From: Eledone cirrhosa
Lineage: Eukaryota
Length of the DNA stretch: 64,000 nt
Direction of reading: 5' to 3'
Assembly (NCBI GenBank): GCA_964016885.1
Contig: OZ024744.1
Location: 120,466,001 to 120,530,000 of the forward strand
In this document: in pieces, positions 13,070 through 26,843 of the stretch
Layout: every line of letters starts with the position of its first letter
How positions within the stretch are numbered: the stretch's first letter is position 1
The notes under the pieces: model-generated
What the model saw: only the letters and a program-made list of their open reading frames with translations
Database searches by the model: none
What the model was told of the DNA's origin: nothing
Position numbers and translations under genes: made by a program

Positions 13070-16000
13070 GATTCTTTCCTGAGACATTCTAACCACATGT
13101 CATAGTATTAGAGCTGGGATCTCTCAATTCAGAGATTATTTCCTGAGACATTCTAACCACATGTCATAGTATCAGAGCTGTGATCTCTCAATTCAGAGAT
13201 TCTTTCCTGAGACATTCTAACCACAAGTCATAGTATCAGATATGTGATATCTCAATTGAGAGATTCTTTCCTGAGATATGTTAACCACATATCATATTAT
13301 CAGAGCTGTCATCTCTCAATTCAGAGATTCTTTCCTGAGACGTTCTAACCACATGTCATAATATCAGTGCTATGATCTCTCAATTCAGAGATTCTTTCCT
13401 CAGACATTCTAACCACATCTCATAGTATCAGAGCTGTGATCTCTCAATTCAGAGATTCTTTCCTGATACATTCTAACTACATGTCATAGTATCAGAGCTG
13501 TGATCTCTCAATTCAGAGATTCTTTCCTGAGACATTCTAACCACATGTCATAGTATCAGTGCTGTGATCTCTCAATTCAGAGATTCTTTCCTGAGATATT
13601 CTAACCACATGTCATAGTATCAGAACTGTGATATCTCAATTCAGAGATTCTTTCCTCAGCCATTCTAACCACATCTCATAGTATCAGAGTTGTGATCTCT
13701 CAATTCAGAGATTCTTTCCTGAGACATTCTAACCACATGTCATAGTATCAGAGCTGTGATCTCTCAATTCAGAGATTCTTTCCTGAGATATTCTAACCAC
13801 ATGTCATAGTATCAGAGCTGTGATCTCTCAATTCAGAGATTCTTTCCTGAGACATTCTAACCACATGTCACAGTATCAGAGCTGTGATCTCTCAATTCAG
13901 AGATTCTTTCCTCAGACATTCTAACAACATCTCATAGTATCAGAGCTGTGATCTCTCAATTCAGATATTCTTTCCTGAGACATTCTAACCACATGTCACA
14001 GTATCAGATCTGTGATCTCTCAATTCAGAGATTCTTTCTTGAGACATTCTAACTGCATGTCCACAGTATCAGAGCTGTGTACTCTCAATTCAGAGATTCT
14101 TTCCTGAGACGTTCTAACCACATGTCATAGTATCAGAGCTGTGATCTCTCAATTAAGAGATTCTTTCCTGAGACATTCTAACCACATGTCACAGTAACAG
14201 AGCTGTGTTCTCTCAATTCAGAGATTCTCTCCTCAGACATTCTAACCACATCTCATAATATCAGAGCTGTGATCTCTCAATTCAGAGATTCTTTCCTGAG
14301 ACATTCTAACCACATGTCATTGTATCAGAGCTGTGATCTCTCAATTCAGATATTCTTTCCTGAGACATTCTAACCACATGTCACAGTATCAGAGCTGTGA
14401 TCTCTCAATTCAGAGATTCTTTCCTGAGACATTAGAACCACATGTCATAGGATTAGAGTTGTGATCTCTCAATTCAGAGATTCTTTCCTGAGATATTCTA
14501 AACACATGTCATAGTATCAGATCTGTGATCTCTCAATTCAGAGATTCTTTCTTGAGACATTCTAACTGCATGTCCACAGTATCAGAGCTGTGTACTCTCA
14601 ATTCAAAGATTCTTTCCTGCGACATTCTAACCACATGTCATAGTATCAGAGCTGTGATCTCTCAATTAAGAGATTCTTTCCTGAGACATTCTAACCACAT
14701 GTCACAGTATCAGAGCTGTGATCTCTCAATTCAGAGATACTCTCCTCAGACATTCTAACCACATCTCATAGTATCAGAGCTGTGATCTCTCAATTCAGAG
14801 ATTCTTTCCTGAGACATTCTAACCACATGTCATTGTATCAGAGCTGTGATCTCTCAATTCAGATATTCTTTCCTGAGACATTCTAACCACATGTCATAGG
14901 ATCAGAGTTGTGATCTCTCAATTCAGAGATTCTTTCCTGAGATATTCTAACCACATGTCATAATATCAGAGCTGTGATCTCTCAATTCAGAGATTCTTTC
15001 CTGAGACATTCTAACCACATGTCACAGTATCAGAGCTGTGATCTCTCAATTCAGAGATTCTTTCCTGAGACATTCTAACCACATGTCATAGTATCAGAGC
15101 TGTGATCTCTCAATTCAGATATTCTTTCCTGAGACATTCTAACCACATGTCATAGGATCAGAGTTGTGATCTCTCAATTCAGAGATTCTTTCCTGAGATA
15201 TTCTAACCACATGTCATAGTATCAGAGCTGTGATCTCTCAATTCAGAGATTCTTTCCTGAGACATTCTAACCACATGTCACAGTATCAGAGATGTGATCT
15301 CTCAATTCAGAGATTCTTTCCTCAGACATTCTAACCACATCTCATAGTATCAGAGCTGTGATCTCTCAATTCAGAGATTCTTTCCTGAGACATTCTAACC
15401 ACATGTCATAGTATCAGAGCTGTGATCTCTCAATTCAGATATTATTTCCTGAGACATTCTAACCACATGTCATATTATCAGAGCTGTGATATCTCAATTC
15501 AGAGATTCTTTCCTGAGACATTCTAACCCCATGTCTGTAGTATCAGAGCAGTATGCTCTCAATTCAGAGATTCTTTCCTGCGACATTCTAACCACATGTC
15601 ATAGTATCGGAGCTGTCATCTCTCAATTCAGAGATTCTTTCCTGAGACATTCTAACCACATGTCATAGTATCAGTGCTGTGATATCTCAATTCAGAGATT
15701 CTTTCCTGAGATATTCTAACCACATGTCATAGTATCAGATCTGTGATCTCTCAATTCAGAGATTCTTTCTTGAGACATTCTAACTCCATGTCCACAGTAT
15801 CAGAGCTGTGAACTCTCAATTCAGAGATTCTTTCCTGATACATTCTAACTACATGTCATAGTATCAGAGCTGTGATCTCTCAATTCAGAGATTCTTTCCT
15901 GAGACATTCTAACCACATGTCATAGTATCACAGCTGTGATCTCTCAATTCAGAGATTCTTTCCTGAGACATTCTAACCACATGTCATAGTATTAGAGCTG

Positions 16001-18838
16001 GGATCTCTCAATTCAGAGATTATTTCCTGAGACATTCTAACCACATGTCATAGTATCAGAGCTGTGATCTCTCAATTCAGAGATTCTTTCCTGAGACATT
16101 CTAACCACAAGTCATAGTATCAGATATGTGATATCTCAATTGAGAGATTCTTTCCTGAGATATGTTAACCACATATCATATTATCAGAGCTGTCATCTCT
16201 CAATTCAGAGATTCTTTCCTGAGACGTTCTAACCACATGTCATAATATCAGTGCTATGATCTCTCAATTCAGAGATTCTTTCCTCAGACATTCTAACCAC
16301 ATCTCATAGTATCAGAGCTGTGATCTCTCAATTCAGAGATTCTTTCCTGATACATTCTAACTACATGTCATAGTATCAGAGCTGTGATCTCTCAATTCAG
16401 AGATTCTTTCCTGAGACATTCTAACCACATGTCATAGTATCAGTGTTGTGATCTCTCAATTCAGAGATTCTTTCCTGAGATATTCTAACCACATGTCATA
16501 GTATCAGAACTGTGATATCTCAATTCAGAGATTCTTTCCTCAGCCATTCTAACCACATCTCATAGTATCAGAGTTGTGATCTCTCAATTCAGAGATTCTT
16601 TCCTGAGACATTCTAACCACATGTCATAGTATCAGAGCTGTGATCTCTCAATTCAGATATTCTTTCCTGAGACATTCTAACCACATGTCATAGGATCAGA
16701 TTTGTGATCTCTCAATTCAGAGATTCTTTCCTGAGATATTCTAACCACATGTCATAGTATCAGAGCTGTGATCTCTCAATTCAGAGATTCTTTCCTGAGA
16801 CATTCTAACCACATGTCACAGTATCAGAGCTGTGATCTCTCAATTCAGAGATTCTTTCCTCAGACATTCTAACAACATCTCATAGTATCAGAGCTGTGAT
16901 CTCTCAATTCAGATATTCTTTCCTGAGACATTCTAACCACATGTCATAGGATCAGAGTTGTGATCTCTCAATTCAGAGATTCTTACCTGAGATATTCTAA
17001 CAACATGTCATAGTATCAGATCTGTGATCTCTCAATTCAGAGATTCTTTCTTGAGACATTCTAACTGCATGTCCACAGTATCAGAGCTGTGTACTCTCAA
17101 TTCAGAGATTCTTTCCTGAGACGTTCTAACCACATGTCATAGTATCAGAGCTGTGATCTCTCAATTAAGAGATTCTTTCCTGAGACATTCTAACCACATG
17201 TCACAGTATCAGAGCTGTGATCTCTCAATTCAGAGATTCTCTCCTCAGACATTCTAACCACATCTCATAATATCAGAGCTGTGATCTCTCAATTCAGAGA
17301 TTCTTTCCTGAGACATTCTAACCACATGTCATTGTATCAGAGCTGTGATCTCTCAATTCAGATATTCTTTCCTGAGACATTCTAACCACATGTCACAGTA
17401 TCAGAGCTGTGATCTCTCAATTCAGAGATTCTTTCCTGAGACATTAGAACCACATGTCATAGGATTAGAGTTGTGATCTCTCAATTCAGAGATTCTTTCC
17501 TGAGATATTCTAAACACATGTCATAGTATCAGATCTGTGATCTCTCAATTCAGAGATTCTTTCTTGAGACATTCTAACTGCATGTCCACAGTATCAGAGC
17601 TGTGTACTCTCAATTCAGAGATTCTTTCCTGCGACATTCTAACCACATGTCATAGTATCAGAGCTGTGATCTCTCAATTAAGAGATTCTTTCCTGAGACA
17701 TTCTAACCACATGTCACAGTATCAGAGCTGTGATCTCTCAATTCAGAGATACTCTCCTCAGACATTCTAACCACATCTCATAGTATCAGAGCTGTGATCT
17801 CTCAATTCAGAGATTCTTTCCTGAGACATTCTAACCACATGTCATTGTATCAGAGCTGTGATCTCTCAATTCAGATATTCTTTCCTGAGACATTCTAACC
17901 ACATGTCATAGGATCAGAGTTGTGATCTCTCAATTCAGAGATTCTTTCCTGAGATATTCTAACCACATGTCATAATATCAGAGCTGTGATCTCTCAATTC
18001 AGAGATTCTTTCCTGAGACATTCTAACCACATGTCACAGTATCAGAGCTGTGATCTCTCAATTCAGAGATTCTTTCCTGAGACATTCTAACCACATGTCA
18101 TAGTATCAGAGCTGTGATCTCTCAATTCAGATATTCTTTCCTGAGACATTCTAACCACATGTCATAGGATCAGAGTTGTGATCTCTCAATTCAGAGATTC
18201 TTTCCTGAGATATTCTAACCACATGTCATAGTATCAGAGCTGTGATCTCTCAATTCAGAGATTCTTTCCTGAGACATTCTAACCACATGTCACAGTATCA
18301 GAGATGTGATCTCTCAATTCAGAGATTCTTTCCTCAGACATTCTAACCACATCTCATAGTATCAGAGCTGTGATCTCTCAATTCAGAGATTCTTTCCTGA
18401 GACATTCTAACCACATGTCATAGTATCAGAGCTGTGATCTCTCAATTCAGATATTATTTCCTGAGACATTCTAACCACATGTCATATTATCAGAGCTGTG
18501 ATATCTCAATTCAGAGATTCTTTCCTGAGACATTCTAACCCCATGTCTGTAGTATCAGAGCAGTATGCTCTCAATTCAGAGATTCTTTCCTGCGACATTC
18601 TAACCACATGTCATAGTATCGGAGCTGTCATCTCTCAATTCAGAGATTCTTTCCTGAGACATTCTAACCACATGTCATAGTATCAGTGCTGTGATATCTC
18701 AATTCAGAGATTCTTTCCTGAGATATTCTAACCACATGTCATAGTATCAGATCTGTGATCTCTCAATTCAGAGATTCTTTCTTGAGACATTCTAACTCCA
18801 TGTCCACAGTATCAGAGCTGTGAACTCTCAATTCAGAG
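13070..18838. repeat. Tandem duplication with 45/47-monomer offset (2,884/3,012 bp), each copy with two related segments 8 monomers (513 bp) apart
   Basis: ORF pairs 14525/17537 and 15486/18498 are offset by 3,012. Monomers with GTGTACTCTC start at 14030, 14543, 17042 and 17555. GATACTCTCC occurs in both copies. Confidence 0.88.
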
Positions 18839-21800
18839 ATTCTTTCCTCAGACATTCTAACCACATCTCATAGTATCAGAGCTGTGATCTCTCAATTCAG
18901 AGATTCTTTCCTGAGACATTCTAACCACATGTCATAGTATCAGAGCTGTGATCTCTCAATTCAGATATTATTTCCTGAGACATTCTAACCACATGTCATA
19001 GTATCAGAGCTGTGATCTCTCAATTCAGAGATTCTTTCCTGAGACATTCTAACCACATGTCATAGTATTAGAGCTGGGATCTCTCAATTCAGAGATTATT
19101 TCCTGAGACATTCTAACCACATGTCATAGTATCAGAGCTGTGATCTCTCAATTCAGAGATTCTTTCCTGAGACATTCTAACCACAAGTCATAGTATCAGA
19201 GATGTGATATCTCAATTGAGAGATTCTTTCCTGAGATATGTTAACCACATATCATATTATCAGAGCTGTCATCTCTCAATTCAGAGATTCTTTCCTGAGA
19301 CGTTCTAACCACATGTCATAATATCAGTGCTATGATCTCTCAATTCAGAGATTCTTTCCTGAAACATTCTAACCACATATCTGTAGTATCAGATCTGTGA
19401 TCTCTCAATTCAGAGATTCTTTCCTGATACATTCTAACTACATGTCATAGTATCAGAGCTGTGATCTCTCAATTCAGAGATTCTTTCCTGAGACATTCTA
19501 ACTACATGTCATAGTATCAGTGCTGTGATCTCTCAATTCAGAGATTCTTTCCTGAGATATTCTAACCACATGTCATAGTATCAGAACTGTGATATCTCAA
19601 TTCAGAGATTCTTTCCTCAGCCATTATAACCACATCTCATAGTATCAGATTTGTGATCTCTCAATTCAGAGATTCTTTCCTGAGACATTCTAACCACATG
19701 TCATAGTATCAGAGCTGTGATCTCTCAATTCAGATATTCTTTCCTGAGACATTCTAACCACATGTCATAGGATCAGATTTGTGATCTCTCAATTCAGAGA
19801 TTCTTTCCTGAGATATTCTAACCACATGTCATAGTATCAGAGCTGTGATCTCTCAATTCAGAGATTCTTTCCTGAGACATTCTAACCACATGTCACAGTA
19901 TCAGAGCTGTGATCTCTCAATTCAGAGATTCTTTCCTCAGACATTCTAACAACATCTCATAGTATCAGAGCTGTGATCTCTCAATTCAGAGATTCTTTCC
20001 TGAGACATTCTAAGCACATGTCATAGTATTAGTGCTGTGATCTCTCAATTCAGATATTCTTTCCTGAGACATTAGAACCAAATGTCATAGGATTAGAGTT
20101 GTGATCTCTCAATTCAGAGATTCTTTCCTGAGATATTCTAAACACATGTCATAGTATCAGATCTGTGATCTCTCAATTCAGAGATTCTTTCTTGAGACAT
20201 TCTAACTGCATGTCCACAGTATCAGAGCTGTGAACTCTCAATTCAGAGATTTTTTCCTGAGACATTCTAACCACATGTCATAGTATCAGAGCTGTGATCT
20301 CTCAATTAAGAGATTCTTTCCTGAGATATTCTAACCACATGTCACAGTATCAGAGCTGTGATCTCTCAATTCGGAGATTCTCTCCTCAGACATTCTAACC
20401 ACATCTCATAGTATCAGAGCTGTGATCTCTCAATTCAGAGATTCTTTCCTGAGACATTCTAACCACATGTCATTGTATCAGAGCTGTGATCTCTCAATTC
20501 AGATATTCTTTCCTGAGACATTCTAACCACATGTCATAGGATCAGAGTTGTGATCTCTCAATTCAGAGATTCTTTCCTGAGATATTCTAACCACATGTCA
20601 TAATATCAGAGCTGTGATCTCTCAATTCAGAGATTCTTTCCTGAGACATTCTAACCACATGTCACAGTATCAGAGCTGTGATCTCTCAATTCAGAGATTC
20701 TTTCCTGAGACATTCTAACCACATGTCATAGTATCAGAGCTGTGATCTCTCAATTCAGATATTCTTTCCTGAGACATTCTAACCACATGTCATAGGTTCA
20801 GAATTGTGATCTCTCAATTCAGAGATTCTTTCCTGAGATATTCTAACCACATGTCATAGTATCACAGCTGTGATCTCTCAATTCAGAGATTCTTTCCTGA
20901 GACATTCTAACCACATGTCACAGTATCAGAGATGTGATCTCTCAATTCAGAGATTCTTTCCTCAGACATTCTAACCACATCTCATAGTATCAGAGCTGTG
21001 ATCTCTCAATTCAGAGATTCTTTCCTGAGACATTCTAACCACATGTCATAGTATCAGAGCTGTGATCTCTCAATTCAGATATTATTTCCTGAGACATTCT
21101 AACCACATGTCATAGCATCAGAGCTGTGATATCTCAATTGAGAGATTCTTTCCTGAGACATTCTAACCCCATGTCTGTAGTATCAGAGCAGTATGCTCTC
21201 AATTCAGAGATTCTTTCCTGCGACATTCTAACCACATGTCATAGTATCGGAGCTGTCATCTCTCAATTCAGAGATTCTTTCCTGAGACATTCTAACCACA
21301 TGTCATAGTATCAGTGCTGTGATATCTCAATTCAGAGATTCTTTCCTGAGATATTCTAACCACATGTCATAGTATCAGATCTGTGATCTCTCAATTCAGA
21401 GATTCTTTCTTGAGACATTCTAACTCCATGTCCACAGTATCAGAGCTGTGAACTCTCAATTCAGAGATTCTTTCCTGAGACATTCTAACCACATGTCATA
21501 GTATGAGAGCTGTGATCTCTCAATTCAGAGATTCTTTCCTGAGACATTCTAACCACATGTCACAGTATCAGAGCTGTGATCTCTAAATTCAGAGATTCTT
21601 TCCTCAGACATTCTAACCACATGTCATAGTATCAGAGCTGTGATCTCTCAATTCAGATATTCTTTCCTGAGACATTCTAACCACATGTCATAGGATCAGA
21701 GTTGTGATCTCTCAATTCAGAGATTCTTTCCTGAGATATTCTAACCACATGTCATAATATCAGAGCTGTGATCTCTCAATTCAGAGATTCTTTCCTGAGA

Positions 21801-24800
21801 CATTCTAAACACATGTCACAGTATCAGAGCTGTGATCTCTCAATTCAGAGATTATTTCCTCTGCCATTCTTACCACATCTCATAGTATCAGAGCTGTGAT
21901 CTCTCAATTCAGAGATTCTTTCCTGAGACATTCTAACCACATGTCATAGTATCAGAGCTGTGATCTCTCAATTCAGATATTCTTTCCTGAGACATTCTAA
22001 CCACATGTCATAGGATCAGAGTTGTGATCTCTCAATTCAGAGATTCTTTCCTGAGATATTCTAACCACATGTCATAGTATCAGAGCTGTGATCTCTCAAT
22101 TCAGAGATTCTTTCCTGAGACATTCTAACCACATGTCACAGTATCAGAGATGTGATCTCTCAATTCAGAGATTCTTTCCTCAGACATTCTAACCACATCT
22201 CATAGTATCAGAGCTGTGATCTCTCAATTCAGAGATTCTTTCCTGAGACGTTCTAACCACATGTCATAGTATCAGAGCTGTGATCTCTCAATTCAGATAT
22301 TATTTCCTGAGACATTCTAACCACATGTCATAGGATCAGAGTTGTGATCTCTCAATTCAGAGATTCTTTCCTGAGATATTCTAACCACATGTCATAGTAT
22401 CAGAGCTGTGATCTCTCAATTCAGAGATTCTTTCCTGAGACATTCTAACCACATGTCATAGTATTAGAGCTGGGATCTCTCAATTCAGAGATTATTTCCT
22501 GAGACATTCTAACCACATGTCATAGTATCAGAGCTGTGATCTCTCAATTCAGAGATTCTTTCCTGAGACATTCTAACCACAAGTCATAGTATCAGAGCTG
22601 TGATATCTCAATTGAGAGATTCTTTCCTAAGATATGTTAACCACATATCATATTATCAGAGCTGTCATCTCTCAATTCAGAGATTCTTTCCTGAGACGTT
22701 CTAACCACATGTCATATTATCAGAGCTATGATCTCTCAATTCAGAGATTCTTTCCTGATACATTCTAACCACATGTCATAGTATCAGAGCTGTGATCTCT
22801 CAATTCAGAGATTCTTTCCTGAGACATTCTAACCACATGTCATAGTATCAGTGCTGTGATCTCTCATTTCAGAGATTCTTTCCTGAGATATTCTAACCAC
22901 ATGTCATAGTATCAGAACTGTGATCTCTCAATTCAGAGATTCTTTCCTCAGCCATTCTAACCACATCTCATAGTATCAGAGCTGTGATCTCTCAATTCAG
23001 AGATTCTTTCCTGAGACATTCTAACCACATGTCATAGTATCAGATCTGTGATCTCTCAATTCAGATATTCTTTCCTGAGACATTCTAACCACATGTCGCA
23101 GTATCAGAGATGTGATCTCTCAATTCAGAGATTCTTTCCTCAGACATTCTAACCACATCTCATAGTATCAGAGCTGTGATCTCTCAATTCAGAGATTCTT
23201 TCCTGAGACGTTCTAACCACATGTCATAGTATCAGAGCTGTGATCTCTCAATTCAGATATTATTTCCTGAGACATTCTAACCACATGTCATAGGATCAGA
23301 GTTGTGATCTCTCAATTCAGAGATTCTTTCCTGAGATATTCTAACCACATGTCATAGTATCAGAGCTGTGATCTCTCAATTCAGATATTCTTTCCTGAGA
23401 CATTCTAACCACATGTCATAGTATTAGAGCTGGGATCTCTCAATTCAGAGATTATTTCCTGAGACATTCTAACCACATGTCATAGTATCAGAGCTGTGAT
23501 CTCTCAATTCAGAGATTCTTTCCTGAGACATTCTAACCACATGTCATAGTATCAGAACTGTGATCTCTCAATTCAGAGATTCTTTCCTGAGACATTCTAA
23601 CCACATGTCACAGTATCAGAGCTGTGATCTCTCAATTCAGAGATTCTTTCCTCAGACATTCTAACCACATCTCATAGTATCAGAGCTGTGATCTCTCAAT
23701 TCAGAGATTCTTTCCTGAGACATTCTAACCACATGTCATAGTATCAGAGCTGTGATCTCTCAATTCAGATATTCGTTCCTGAGACATTCTAACCACATGT
23801 CATAGGATCAGAGTTGTGATCTCTCAATTCAGAAATTCTTTCCTGAGATATTCTAACCACATGTCATAATATCAGAGCTGTGATCTCTCAATTCAGAGAT
23901 TCATTCCTGAGACATTCTAACCACATGTCACAGTATCAGAGCTGTGATCTCTCAATTCAGAGATTCTTTCCTCAGCCATTCTAACCAGATCTCATAGTAT
24001 CAGAGGTGTGATCTCTCAATTCAGAGATTCTTTCCTGAGACATTCTAACCACATGTCATAGTATCAGAGCTGTGATCTCTCAATTCAGATATTCTTTCCT
24101 GAGACATTCTAACCACATGTCATAGGATCAGACTTGTGATCTCTCAATTCAGAGATTCTTTCCTGAGATATTCTAACCACATGTCATAGTATCAGAGCCG
24201 TGATCTCTCAATTCAGACATTCTTTCCTGAGACATTCTAACCACATGTCACAGTATCAGAGATGTGATCTCTCAATTCAGAGATTCTTTCCTGAGACATT
24301 CTAACCACATGTCATAGTATTAGAGCTGGGATCTCTCAATTCAGAGATTATTACCTGAGACATTCTAACCACATGTCATAGTATCAGAGCTGTGATCTCT
24401 CAATTCAGAGATTCTTTCCTGAGACATTCTAACCACAAGTCATAGTATCAGAGCTGTGATATCTCAATTCAGAGATTCTTTCCTGAGATATGTTAACCAC
24501 ATATCATATTATCAGAGCTGTCATCTCTCAATTCAGAGATTCTTTCCTGAGACGTTCTAACCACATGTCATAATATCAGAGCTATGATCTCTCAATTCAG
24601 AGATTCTTTCCTGAAACATTCTAACCACATATCTGTAGTTTCAGATCTGTGATCTCTCAATTCAGAGATTCTTTCCTGATACATTCTAACCACATGTCAT
24701 AGTATCAGAGCTGTGATCTCTCAATTCAGAGATTCTTTCCTGAGACATTCTAACCACATGTCATAGTATCAGAGCTGTGATCTCTCAATTCAGAGATTCT

Positions 24801-26843
24801 TTCCTCAGCCATTCTAACCACATCTCATAGTATCAGAGCTGTGATCTCTCAATTCAGAGATTCTTTCCTGAGACATTCTAACCACATGTCATAGTATCAG
24901 AGCTGTGATCTCTCAATTCAGATATTCTTTCCTGAGACATTCTAACCACATGTCATAGGATCAGATTTGTGATCTCTCAATTCAGAGATTCTTTCCTGAG
25001 ATATTCTAACCACATGTCATAGTATCAGAGCTGTGATCTCTCAATTCAGAGATTCTTTCCTGAGACATTCTAACCACATGTCACAGTATCGGATCTGTCA
25101 TCTCTCAATTCAGAGATTCTTTCCTGAGACATTCTAACCACATGTCATAGTATCAGTGCTGTGATATCTCAATTCAGAGATTCTTTCCTGAGATATTCTA
25201 ACCACATGTCATAGTATCAGATCTGTGATCTCTCAATTCAGAGATTCTTTCTTGAGACATTCTAACTCCATGTCCACAGTATCAGAGCTGTGAACTCTCA
25301 ATTCAGAGATTCTTTCCTCAGACATTCTAACCACATCTCATAGTATCAGAGCTGTGATCTCTCAATTCAGAGATTCTTTCCTGAGACATTCTAACCACAT
25401 GTCATAGTATCAGAGCTGTGATCTCTCAATTCAGATATTATTTCCTGAGACATTCTAACCACATGTCATAGTATCAGATCTGTGATCTCTCAATTCAGAG
25501 ATTCTTTCCTGAGACATTCTAACCACATGTCATACTATTAGAGCTTTGATCTCTCAATTCAGAGATTATTTCCTGAGACATTCTAACCACATGTCATAGT
25601 ATCAGAGCTGTGATCTCTCAATTCAGAGATTCTTTCCTGAGACATTCTAACCACAAGTCATAGTATCAGAGATGTGATATCTCAATTGAGAGATTCTTTC
25701 CTGAGATATGTTAACCACATATCATATTATCAGAGCTGTCATCTCTCAATTCAGAGATTCTTTCCTGAGACGTTCTAACCACATGTCATAATATCAGTGC
25801 TATGATCTCTCAATTCAGAGATTCTTTCCTGAGACATTCTAACCACATATCTGTAGTATCAGATCTGTGATCTCTCAATTCAGAGATTCTTTCCTGATAC
25901 ATTCTAAGTACATGTCATAGTATCAGACCTGTGATCTCTCAATTCAGAGATTCTTTCCTGAGATATTCTAACCACATGTCATAGTATCAGAACTGTGATA
26001 TCTCAATTCAGAGATTCTTTCCTCAGCCATTCTAACCACATCTCATAGTATCAGAGTTGTGATCTCTCAATTCAGATATTCTTTCCTGAGACATTCTAAC
26101 CACATGTCATAGGATCAGATTTGTGATCTCTCAATTCAGAGATTCTTTCCTGAGATATTCTAACCACATGTCATAGTATCAGAGCTGTGATCTCTCAATT
26201 CAGAGATTCATTCCTGAGACATTCTAACCACATGTCACAGTATCAGAGCTGTGATCTCTCAATTCAGAGATTCTTTCCTCAGCCATTCTAACCACATCTC
26301 ATAGTATCAGAGCTGTGATCTCTCAATTCAGAGATTCTTTCCTGAGACATTCTAACCACATGTCATTGTATCAGAGCTGTGATCTCTCAATTCAGATATT
26401 CTTTCCTGAGACATTCTAACCACATGTCATAGGATCAGAGTTGTGATCTCTCAATTCAGAGATTCTTTCCTGAGATATTCTAACCACATGTCATAATATC
26501 AGAGCTGTGATCTCTCAATTCAGAGATTCTTTCCTGAGACATTCTAACCACATGTCACAGTATCAGAGCTGTGATCTCTCAATTCAGAGATTCTTTCCTG
26601 AGATATTCTAACCACATGTCATAGTATCAGAGCTGTGATCTCTCAATTCAGAGATTCTTTCCTGAGACATTCTAACCACATGTCACAGTATCAGAGATGT
26701 GATCTCTCAATTCAGAGATTCTTTCCAAGACATTCTAACCACATCTCATAGTATCAGAGCTGTGATCTCTCAATTCAGAGATTCTTTCCTGAGACATTCT
26801 AACCACATGTCATAGTATCAGAGATGTGATCTCTCAATTCAGA

